This document shows, in pieces, positions 53,694-62,654 of a stretch of 64,000 bases of DNA. Origin of the DNA: Candidatus Poribacteria bacterium (lineage in GTDB: Bacteria > Poribacteria > WGA-4E > WGA-3G); contig CBDBFU010000021.1 in NCBI GenBank assembly GCA_965205025.1, positions 70,854-134,853 on the forward strand. The letters run 5' to 3'. Position 1 is the stretch's first letter, and each line of letters starts with the position of its first letter. A model generated the notes under the pieces. That model saw only the letters and a list, made by a program, of their open reading frames with translations. It was not told where the DNA came from and searched no databases. The translations under genes and the position numbers were made by a program.

Positions 53694-53760
53694 CCAAACG
53701 GGCAGTAAAAATCGCAATCGAACAAGACGAGTATACCGCTATGGATTGGTTGGAGTCCGT
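53694..53760 (+). repeat. 67-bp diverged direct repeat of the hsdS 3' end (51629-51695)
   Basis: CCAAACGGGCAGTAAAAATCGCAATCGAACAAGACGAG...GATTGGTTGGAGTCCGT versus CCAAACGGGCCGTCGAAATCGCAATCGAACAAGACGAA...GATTGGTTGGAATCCGT. Confidence 0.85.
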
Positions 53761-53957
53761 GAATATGTCTTATTTACATCTGCACTAAGTTTAGTTGGCA
53801 ACTCACACCCAAATGATTTCAATATAGTGCTGAGCATTTCTAACCGCGGGGTATCCTCTTTAGAGAATGTAGCCGAGAGAGTTTCAGCATCAATACCCGT
53901 TCGTTTGGAAAGTTCAGAAATCGCACCTTGTGCTTCAACAACATCACGCAGTGCCAT
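53739..53957 (-). pseudogene. 5'-truncated HI1420-like HTH antidote (orphan antitoxin remnant)
   Basis: ALRDVVEAQGAISELSKRTGI....L...FSKEDTPRLEML..IL..FG, paralogous to 16026-16358; N-terminus replaced by CCATCC low-complexity DNA; no toxin adjacent. Confidence 0.65.
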
Positions 53958-54574
53958 CCTTCCATCCCATCTCTTCCAAACAAACCTCTTCTCTGCGTAA
54001 TCCACGGTTCAGACAAAAGACATCCCTTCCATCTTTCCATCCATCCACTCCTCCTTCCTCGAATTAACACATAGAAAAAATCAACTAAAGCACAACAAAC
54101 AAAAAATAATTGAAGAATTATTGAAGAAAACCCAACCAATAAACAACAAAAGACAAAAAAATAATGAAATAGTATCCTATTACCTAAATAACAAAAGAAA
54201 AGAATATTTAGAAAAACATCACATAAACAAATTATTAACTTGATACATGTGTTTTTATTATGTTACTATATGTATTACAGAAAAAGCATAGTATAAAATG
54301 TAGTCATGAAACTTTTACAACTGTTGTAAAAGTTTTACAACAGTTGTAAAAACGAAATCGAAATATCATACCCCTACAAACCTATACCAGAACAGGGTTT
54401 AGAACACTTCGAACATGAACAGAGTATGAATTTTCTAAAAAAAATAAAAAAATGACATTTTTTCAGGTATTTCTAAAAAACCCCTTCTGGGACTGACTTG
54501 AGAGCACTTTAAAACATAGATGTTTAAAAATTGTGTTGTAAAATAAAACTATGGTGTATCTCATAAATTTGAAT

Positions 54575-54795
54575 CGTTCCTACAGCACATTCTAACACTC
54601 CAGCGGAGTGTTATGTCTATAGAAAACACTATCGGTACATTCTCGCACTCCAGCGGAGTGCTATATGTCGATTCACTACATATCGTTCCACTGGAGCAAT
54701 GAGAATTTCATTTTATATATTGAGTCAGAATTTAATTCAGATGAAGTTAACCGATTTCTTATATTGAGTTCACACATGAAAATGTCCAAACTTTA
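54575..54795. repeat. Inverted copy of the 14340-14520 repeat plus TGTCCAAACT end
   Basis: CACTCCAGCGGAGTG twice, 51 bp apart. Confidence 0.7.
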
Positions 54796-55055
54796 GTAAT
54801 TAATAGGAAAATAAGAAATGACAATCCAACGTTTTCATAAGAATACAATCAAACATAGAAAAAATAGTGCATGGCGTCAGAGATTAGGAAAGTCAGAAAA
54901 ACCCGAAAATGACACAAATCTCAAAATTCTTATATTTCAAGAAAATTACCATAAACCCAGTCTACCACAGGGATTAGAGCGGTTTTACAAAGTTACACTA
55001 TGTAACGAAAAGTGTAACTTTTTCATTTTACAACAGTGTATCACATTAATACTGT

Positions 55056-55420
55056 TCTTCTTCATAGGGACGGGGTCTCCCCGTCCGCATTTTCGATATA
55101 TTATACATAGCAAGAGCAATGAATCCTCCAAATATATGATTTATGGGATATATTCTAATATCTTGTCAAAATGGACGGTTAAGATATTTCACATTCATAC
55201 AAACCTAATCCAATGGATGAGAAGAATAGGAAAAGACACAAAATTCAGTCCCACTCTTTATAAATGGTGCAAATTCTTGTAACTATAAAAAAGTGGCTCT
55301 AAACACAGTGTAGTACTGACGGGATAGAGGTTTTATCAATGTCACATCATGTGACAAAAAGTGTAACTTATTTCAACATATAAATAATATAATTATTACT
55401 ATTGTGAATAACTAAAACCC
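55056..55420 (+). repeat. ~365-bp dispersed repeat, second copy at ~63392-63750
   Basis: Long identical blocks TATGATTTATGGGATATATTCTAATATCTTGTCAAA and TGGCTCTAAACACAGTGTAGTACTGACGGGA. Confidence 0.85.
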
Positions 55421-55560
55421 AGATATTTGGCGAAGGTCTTGTATAATGGTATTATTTTAAACTGCACTGAAAATATGACGTTAACTCTACTAAACATCAA
55501 TAAGGAATCTCACAACGTACTTGACCAATCACTATCTTATTGTCGAATTAGTAGAAGGAA

Positions 55561-57722
55561 ATATGATGTCTTACCGATCAGTTCTGATATTATTACTCAC
55601 CACAATTGTAACCCACATATATGCAGATATAGAGAAAAAAGAGATTGTAGCATTCAGAACAGAAGAGGTGATTGTAATTGATGGACTTCTCAATGAAAAG
55701 GATTGGGCTGAAGCTCAAATAATAGATGATTTTACACAACAATATCCGAATGAAGGTGAACCCCTATCAGAAAAAACAGAAGTACGAATACTATATAATA
55801 AAGAGAAAATATACATATCCTTTAATTGTCTCGATACAAGACCAGAAAGAATTGTTGCGAATGAGATGCGTCGAGACGGAAATCTATGGCAGAATGATAA
55901 TGTATACATCATGCTTGATACCTATGGTGATAAAAGGCAATGCTTTTTCTTTAGAATTAATCCGTTAGGGGCACAGTCTGACACTGCGGTAACTGATGGT
56001 GGTGAAAATCTAAACGGTAGTTGGGATTGTATATGGGAATCCGCTGGACAACAACACGATAAAGGATGGACAGTTGAAATAGCCATTCCTTTCAACCAAC
56101 TAAGGTTCAAACCAGAGGAAACAATGGTTTGGGGTGTTAATTTTGGTAGAAATATACCACGAACAAATGAAACATCACAATGGATTCAAGTACCCAAGAG
56201 TCAAAGTTGGCCAGGAACATTTCATCCTATTTATCAGGGAAAATTAACAGGACTACAGGATATTGCTTCCCCATCACATTTAGATGTTAAACCCTATCTA
56301 CTTGGTGGTATGGAAGATCTACTTGAGGATGATGTGTGGCAACAAGGCACTGCTGGGGATCTCGGTTTGGATATGAAATACGGTATTACATCTAATCTCA
56401 CTTTAGATTTGACACTAAATACCGATTTTGCACAAGTAGAAGCGGACCAAGAACAAGTAAACCTTAACAGATTCAGTCTATATTATCCAGAAAGGAGAGA
56501 TTTCTTCCTTGAAGGGAGTGGATTATTTGCATTTGGAGCGGGTATTGGTGATTGGGGACCACCACCTCTTTCTGTCTTCTACAGTAGACGAATTGGTATT
56601 GAGGATGAAGAAGAGGTGAGAATTCTTGGTGGAGGAAAACTAACTGGTAAAGTAGAGGATTATAGTATCGGTGCTCTCAACATGACAACAGCTGCTTCCG
56701 GTGAAACACCTATGACTAATTTCTCCGTATTTCGAATGCAGAGAAATATTCTAAGTGATTCAAGTGTCGGATTCATCATGACAAACAGACAGAATGACTT
56801 CAGTGATGGTTTCCACCGAAATGGTGGATTAGATATTTTTATTCGTCCGCATGATCAATGGCGTATGCGTGCATTAACTGTTGGAAGTTGGTCTCCAAAT
56901 CCTGATGAGAATGATCTTGCTTTCTACCTATCAAATAATTGGCGCAACGAACACTTTAGACTCAACGCATCATACCTTGACATAGGACCAGATTTTACAA
57001 CAGAGATGGGATACATGTATCGTAGAGATATACGGACACTGCAAGTTAGTACTGGGGCAAATGAACAGATCAATAAAAAATACGTACGGGATCTTGGATC
57101 AGGTATTTCAGGTAAATATTCACTGGATCATGACAATAATCTAATCGGGTGGGAGATGTATGTTGGAGGGGATATTTCTTTCCCACAAGGTGATGGTATA
57201 AATCTTGATTTTCAAAGATATTATGACCGTGTTGATGAGTCATTTTCCATTGAAGAAGCAGAAATACCTGCTGGTGAATACCAAATGAATCAGACCTCAA
57301 TAGGATTATACACTGAGGCAAGTCGTCCATTTTCTGTGTATATGGGTGGAAATTATGGAGACTTTTTTCAAGGAAGTAAATTAGGATTTTATGCTGAAAG
57401 TCAATGGAGAATTACCCATCAACTCGCAATTGATACAAGGTTTGGTCAAAATTATCTCTTCCTACCTGAGATTGACTTATTAACAACAACCATCATCGGT
57501 GGCAGAATTAATTACGCATTCAACACACGGTTCTTTACAAAACTATATACACAATGGAACGATAGTGCTGAACGAGCCAGTGCAAACTTTTTACTAAACT
57601 ATATTTATAAACCAGGCAGTGATTTCTATATTGTCTATAACCATAGCTGGGATACATCTAATGGGTTTAAAACCAATGCTTGGACAATATTGAGTAAACT
57701 GACAGTTCTATTCAGCTTATAG
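55561..57722 (+). CDS. CBM9-like + DUF5916 outer-membrane protein
   Basis: Signal peptide; IDGLL.E..W, GWTVEIAIPF..LRF, LDLTLNTDFAQVEAD...NL.RF.L..PE.R.FFLEG, FYSRRIG, beta-barrel-like C-terminus; start near 55563. Confidence 0.85.
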
Positions 57723-57756
57723 TCATGGAATCTATAAAGAATTTAGAAAAACAAAA

Positions 57757-57784
57757 GGGAAGTGTCAATATAATAACACCTCCC
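57757..57784. terminator. Hairpin between convergent genes
   Basis: GGGAAGTGT...ACACCTCCC imperfect stem. Confidence 0.45.
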
Positions 57785-57829
57785 CGCTTAATTAGATTCC
57801 AATTGATCTCAAGTAAATTGCCTAATATA

Positions 57830-58849
57830 TTATTCCCATGGATCTAAAATGACTTTTCCACATTCACCTGTAGCTTGCAATTCCCATGCATCTTGAACTT
57901 GACTCATTGGAAATCTATGTGTGATATAGGTGTCTATCTTGTCTGTAGATTCTTGAATGACCTTCATTAATTTTGGAAAGAAACCAAGGTTATAATGCCA
58001 ATTGCCACGTAAGACAAGACCTTTACGTATCATATCGCGACTTGCAGCCAATGGAAATTCTCCACCTTCACCGACGAATGTAACCTGTCCTTTTCTCCGT
58101 GCTGCATCAACCATTAAACGATGGGCAGACAGAAGCACCGGAACAATCAACTGCTTTATCAATACCCAATCCATTCGTCAAATCTCTAATTTGATCCAGT
58201 ATATCCTCATCATTTGGGTCAAGAACAACTTCCGCACCTAACTTTCTCGCAAGTTCAGCACGATAGGGATGACTTTCTACTCCAATGACACGAGCACCAC
58301 GATAACTGCCATTAATGATACCACCTAATCCAACAGGACCTAAACCAGTGACCATGACTGTATCTAAAGCGTCAACTTCCATCTGTTCCATGGCACCGAA
58401 GGTCGGACCGAGTCCACAACAAGCCATACCACCATGTTCGAAACTCACATCATCTGGGATAGGAAACAGCATATCCTCCATCTTATGCATATACTGTGCA
58501 TAGGTAGCACCAGCAACATATTCACCTACCATTTCTCGAATGTTACGTCCGCCTGTACAGTGTATATGTTCACCTGTAATACACATATTACACTTACCAC
58601 ATGCATTCTGCGGTTGAACAACTACCCGATCTCCTACTTTTACACGTCCCTGGTTGTGCAACTTCAACGACTTCACCCGCTGCTTCGTGTCCAAAGTTTT
58701 CTCCAGTCCCCCCACCTTTGAAACCCTTGTATTCAGTACACATGGGGACAGCACGTATTTTTACGACCGCTACATCACCACCAGCCTTTTGGATCTGGTT
58801 TATCAACCACCCCACCTTTTTCATCACCAAACATTGCTGCTACTTTCAT
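57830..58849 (-). CDS. Zn-dependent alcohol/threonine dehydrogenase-like protein, three +1 frameshifts
   Basis: MKVAAM start at 58849; PMCTE, GHEAAGEV, CGKC.MC..GE...C, GLGPVGL, ITHRFP, GKVIL. Confidence 0.85.
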
Positions 58850-59007
58850 ATTCCTATTACTCTACAACTCCATTAATGAGTATGAGTTTTCCTCCTTCTA
58901 TGATGTAACTACAAAATATCACACCAAATGTATTCAGTCAATAAAATTTTACATTGTTATTTAGCTTTAAGAATCTCCATTTGATATGTGTTCCTTAGAG
59001 TTTATCT

Positions 59008-59080
59008 TGTAGGTTGGATTGAGTTCGCGAAATCCAACAGGGACCAAGTGTGTCAAGTTCCCCACACTACCCGACCTACA
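59008..59080. repeat. GTAG-type REP pair
   Basis: TGTAGGTTGGATT...AAATCCAACA and inverted partner ...CCCGACCTACA. Confidence 0.6.
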
Positions 59081-59147
59081 AAACCAGTCACATGTGTGAA
59101 TATTATAGCAAAAAAATACCGAAAACAAAATAACCTTGCAGGTAAAA

Positions 59148-59177
59148 GGGTGTGTAAACTTTTTGTCACTTTACTAT
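59148..59177 (+). repeat. 30-bp direct repeat, left copy
   Basis: GGGTGTGTAAACTTTTTGTCACTTTACTAT; 29/30 identical to 62118-62147. Confidence 0.9.
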
Positions 59178-59375
59178 AGCATTATATTCTTCTGTAGGAG
59201 TGGATTTCGCTCTCCGACTTTGCGACCTGTGCTAAACTTTTTCGGAGATGAACAATTTCAACAGTGCTTGGAAAATGAAGGTATTGACGCTCTTGTATTC
59301 ATACAGGAAATCTGTCCGAAAACAAATGAAGGAATGCTTGGCGGAAAATACAAATAGATAGGATCAGAAAAGAAA

Positions 59376-59406
59376 AAGGCAGATACCCAAAAAGGATACC
59401 TGCCTA
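59376..59406 (-). terminator. Rho-independent terminator of the Cys-rich operon
   Basis: AGGCAG.TA.CC-loop-GG.TA.CTGCCT followed by a T-run on the minus strand, 17 bp after the stop at 59424. Confidence 0.65.
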
Positions 59407-59423
59407 TAAAATCTAATCTGATA

Positions 59424-60824
59424 TCAAGCAGACAATGTTAAAAATCTCTCTGCCCAACATCCTTTACCCTGCCGCTTCCGCTTTGGATCGTTGCAAACAG
59501 AAGGCCTTCCAGACCCACATACCTCCCACGTTTGACGGCAAATACGACACGTGCGCGTCCTATGCTCGTTTACCTGATTTGCTTTACTCGGATCATACTT
59601 ATGACCATTGGCACACGTCAAAGGGCAACTTGAACAACCATCCGTACAAGTAGAACAATCCGGCGTGTTGTCTACTGGAGGTGTGGGAGTCGGGGTCGGT
59701 GTTGACGGTGTTGGCGGAGTAGATGGTGTTGACGGTGTCGGGGTATTCTCAGATGTACTGCCACTACCACTACCACTACCACTGCCATTCTCATTATAAT
59801 ATGAGTTACTATTACCATCATCATGACTCGCTGAATTCGGACAACTACTCCGCTGACAAGTATACCAAATAGATGAATCGCCATGCTTACCAAAACACTT
59901 CATCCAATACTTCCAAAAACCATCGTACACCTTTTCTTTACATTTCACCTCATGCGGGAAGTCCACATTATCAGAATAATAAAATTGACCACGCCCCTTA
60001 CTCACTTTCTTAGGTGGATACTTTTCACCACAATTACCCGGACATGGCAACCAATGCTCCGATGCACGTTGGCATCTCCCTTTTGACGTAGACTGGCAAG
60101 TCCACCAGTCTACATTCGTTTCACCTGAAACACCATGTTTTAGCTCACATTTTAACTGATGTCTGTTGGGATTCACGTAATAGCCATAGCACGTGCCTGT
60201 TGGCGTAGCACATGGACTGACAAATATACCACTCGTCTGTTTAGGTTCCCTTTTAGGTTTGACCCTATATTGAGTGTCATATATCTGGAATGCTCTTTTA
60301 TTTGCCAATGCCCTATACTGATCGTTCAGAGCTTTGTATGCTTCGATATATCCATCATAGGTAGCGTTATAGCCGTCTGTTCGCTGAAAGATGTTTTCTC
60401 CGTTCTCATCTTCGTATGTAAACTCACCTATCTGCGTGTTGATAGAATCAAGTTTATTGATCAATTCAACACCGGTCATCGTTGCCCCAATCTGACTAAT
60501 CCACGCATCCACGACATCTGGAATATTACCCGTGATCCTACCTTTAATAGAATTTTTAACATTCGTTCGAGAATCTGACCCGTTTTTTTCAAGTTCCTTT
60601 AAAATGCCTCCTCTAATTTGCTCGTATTGCAATAGAACGATCTCCGCTTTGTCGAGCTCATCATTTACATCATTTAATGAAACGCGGGCATCTACATAGG
60701 AACTATACGCAGCTGATGGGGTTAATGGGGGAGGTTCTTGACTATATGCATTGCCGCAAAAGGTTATCAGAATGACAACAACCAAAAGTGGCATGAGGTT
60801 GCAATAAACTCTATTTAACACCAT
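59424..60824 (-). CDS. Secreted protein: coiled-coil N-terminus, Cys/His-rich repeats, GS/PT linker, Cys-rich C-terminus
   Basis: GGAGG RBS, signal peptide; H...C...W[WY]TC...C...H repeats; (GS)n and (PT/PS)n linkers; CSTCTDGCSSC. Confidence 0.8.
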   Translation of the reverse strand: MVLNRVYCNLMPLLVVVILITFCGNAYSQEPPPLTPSAAYSSYVDARVSLNDVNDELDKAEIVLLQYEQIRGGILKELEKNGSDSRTNVKNSIKGRITGNIPDVVDAWISQIGATMTGVELINKLDSINTQIGEFTYEDENGENIFQRTDGYNATYDGYIEAYKALNDQYRALANKRAFQIYDTQYRVKPKREPKQTSGIFVSPCATPTGTCYGYYVNPNRHQLKCELKHGVSGETNVDWWTCQSTSKGRCQRASEHWLPCPGNCGEKYPPKKVSKGRGQFYYSDNVDFPHEVKCKEKVYDGFWKYWMKCFGKHGDSSIWYTCQRSSCPNSASHDDGNSNSYYNENGSGSGSGSGSTSENTPTPSTPSTPPTPSTPTPTPTPPVDNTPDCSTCTDGCSSCPLTCANGHKYDPSKANQVNEHRTRTCRICRQTWEVCGSGRPSVCNDPKRKRQGKGCWAERFLTLSA

Positions 60825-61404
60825 ACATCACCTCCAGTATTCTTTGATGTCCGGCAAGACTTACCTTCATACTATCAATTTCTCTTTGTCGGTCTTCCAA
60901 ATATTCTTTTTCGAACTCACTAAGAGTGTATTTTTTAGCTTTCTCCAACAAGTCCTTTTCCACTTGCTCTGCCTGTGCAATAGACTTTTTAAGCTGCTCA
61001 ATAATCTTAGGGAATTTTTCAAGCTCAATCCTTCGGATCTCCGCCAATTCCTCTTTTGTAAAGTTTTCTGTATACAACTTTCTAAATTCTTCATCTGATA
61101 ACGTGTCCATAGATACATTAGAGTCTTGTGATGGCACATCAACCGCCACCGGTTCTTCTGCCACAACTATAGGTGTCTGGTGCGATTCATCGTGCCATTC
61201 ATCGTCATGCCAATGTCCATTTGGAGAGGCACCGGGTGGCGGTTGCTTTGTTTCTCTTGCTTGTTCAAGGTCTGCCTCTGATGGCAGTTTATACCTCGTT
61301 TCGGGTTCCGGTTCTGGTTGCAACATAAAGTATACACCCACAACACCGATGATAATAATGAGGGAAGCGACCCCCCAATACATTTTCTTTCTCATAAGTT
61401 TCAC
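60811..61404 (-). CDS. Membrane-anchored protein with PPPG..PNGHWH.DEWHD motif and coiled coil
   Basis: MRKKMYWG plus TM helix; His/Trp motif; stop overlaps the next start. Confidence 0.8.
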   Translation of the reverse strand: MKLMRKKMYWGVASLIIIIGVVGVYFMLQPEPEPETRYKLPSEADLEQARETKQPPPGASPNGHWHDDEWHDESHQTPIVVAEEPVAVDVPSQDSNVSMDTLSDEEFRKLYTENFTKEELAEIRRIELEKFPKIIEQLKKSIAQAEQVEKDLLEKAKKYTLSEFEKEYLEDRQREIDSMKVSLAGHQRILEVMYGVK

Positions 61405-61727
61405 TCCTTATATAAAGAGCCACCCTTTTGTCTTACAGTGTCCAGCGAACAGGATGGTTTCGGATTTCGTTTTGGACAAATTGGAAATGGATGAACTTTA
61501 GGAAACTGTCCCGATTCACACCCACCAAAAAGTGTCAGTGGGGTCGGACACCGCTTAAAATTCGAAGAGTATTCACGAGGCAAACAATCCCAACCAATCC
61601 ATCGTTTACTATTCTGAATACAATGTTGCGTGCTGTTTGCATCAACACCACACAGAAATATACCGCCTACATAAATGCAGGTAAAAATAATTATCGTAAT
61701 AGAGAGGACTTTGTAGTCTTGTCTCAT
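61401..61727 (-). CDS. Small secreted Cys-rich protein
   Basis: AAGGAG RBS and ATG 61727; signal peptide; 6 Cys in the mature ~78 aa; GTGA overlap with the next gene. Confidence 0.7.
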   Translation of the reverse strand: MRQDYKVLSITIIIFTCIYVGGIFLCGVDANSTQHCIQNSKRWIGWDCLPREYSSNFKRCPTPLTLFGGCESGQFPKVHPFPICPKRNPKPSCSLDTVRQKGGSLYKE

Positions 61728-61871
61728 ATTATGCTCCTTTGAAGAATGAAGCAAGTTAAGTGTTTAGACAGACTACAGAGATTTGGAAGGAAAAGTATCT
61801 ATAATGTAATCTCTGTAGAGGTCGCTGGTCTCTGCAACAGATGACTTAACAGTCAATATGTGCTATAATAG

Positions 61872-61941
61872 AAACCAGCGCTGTCGGATATGGCCCGTCA
61901 GTGCTAGCATCGGCAGCTCACACACTGCCGGTGCACTTTTT
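61872..61941. ncRNA. Candidate structured RNA (two GC-rich hairpins plus U-tract) in the operon leader
   Basis: AGCGCTGTCGG/CCGTCAGTGCT and GCATCGGCAG/CTGCCGGTGC-ACTTTTT; TG-n-TATAAT at 61861-61869 on the + strand. Confidence 0.45.
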
Positions 61942-61992
61942 AAGCACCTCCGATGTCGTTCACGCATATCGTGAATTCTAACATCTATCTAT

Positions 61993-62060
61993 ATTGTAGA
62001 AAAAGTGTTAAAAATTGTCAATATTTATTTTTCTACAATACATTTTTTCTACAATACATT
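61993..62060 (-). promoter_or_regulatory. Sigma70 promoter with repeated operator-like motif
   Basis: TTGACA (62021-62016)-17 bp-TACAAT (61998-61993); TTTTTCTACAATA once over the -10 and twice in opposite orientation at 62028 and 62044. Confidence 0.65.
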
Positions 62061-62117
62061 TATATATTATAAAATTTTTTCATTATTTAATGCAAGCCTT
62101 TTTTTACTACTGGGTGT

Positions 62118-62147
62118 GGGTGTGTAAACTTTTTGTCACTTCACTAT
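62118..62147 (+). repeat. 30-bp direct repeat, right copy
   Basis: GGGTGTGTAAACTTTTTGTCACTTCACTAT. Confidence 0.9.
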
Positions 62148-62211
62148 GATGAATATGAAAAATTATGCAATTTCCTACCACGACATGTTGGGTTTCTAAC
62201 TATCACATCAT

Positions 62212-62654
62212 AAGTGTCAATTTATGCATTAGGAAGGGATTCCGATCTCCGATTCTTCAATGCCCTATTCCGACACATTGGTAGGATCGTTTTCTAACAG
62301 TATAGAAGCTCCAGCATAGAAACAGATTCCTACAGACAATCACCCTCTTATCCACATAATCCGCGTAACCCATGATTCAAAAAAGAAAACAATCCGAATC
62401 CAAAACCCTCTCCTCCGTGTAATCCGCGTAATCCGCGTAATCCGTGATTCAAAAAAGAAAACAATCCGAACCCAAAACCCTCTCCTCCGTGTAATCCGCG
62501 TAATCCGTGATTCAGAAAAACAACTCTTTGTACCACAAATTTATAGTTTATGTTCTTACCCTTACCCTCTCCAAACACACCTATCAGCGTAATCCGTAGT
62601 TCAGACAATTCAGAACAACCCTATAAATAGATTTATCTTACTAAATTGACCCAT
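62212..62654. mobile_element. MITE-like element (GTCAATTTA...TAAATTGAC ends) with internal tandem repeats
   Basis: Inverted ends; about 2.5 copies of a 63-72 bp unit TAATCCGCGTAATCCGTGATTCAAAAAAGAAAACAATCCGAA.CCAAAACCCTCTCCTCCGTG at 62357-62515. Confidence 0.65.

Noticed and set aside
54818-55282. 154-aa ORF (and 63333-63542) sharing ESSK.MIYGIYSNILS
   Set aside because: Reflects the non-coding repeat; the frame is not preserved between copies because of indels.
61915-61941. tracrRNA-like 3' end (…CCGGTGCACTTTTT)
   Set aside because: Only a generic terminator-type hairpin; no anti-repeat, array or Cas9/Cas12 gene.
62348-62608. 86-aa ORF with repeated LNHGLRGLHGGEGFGF
   Set aside because: Translation of the tandem DNA repeat inside a MITE-like element; no RBS or domain.
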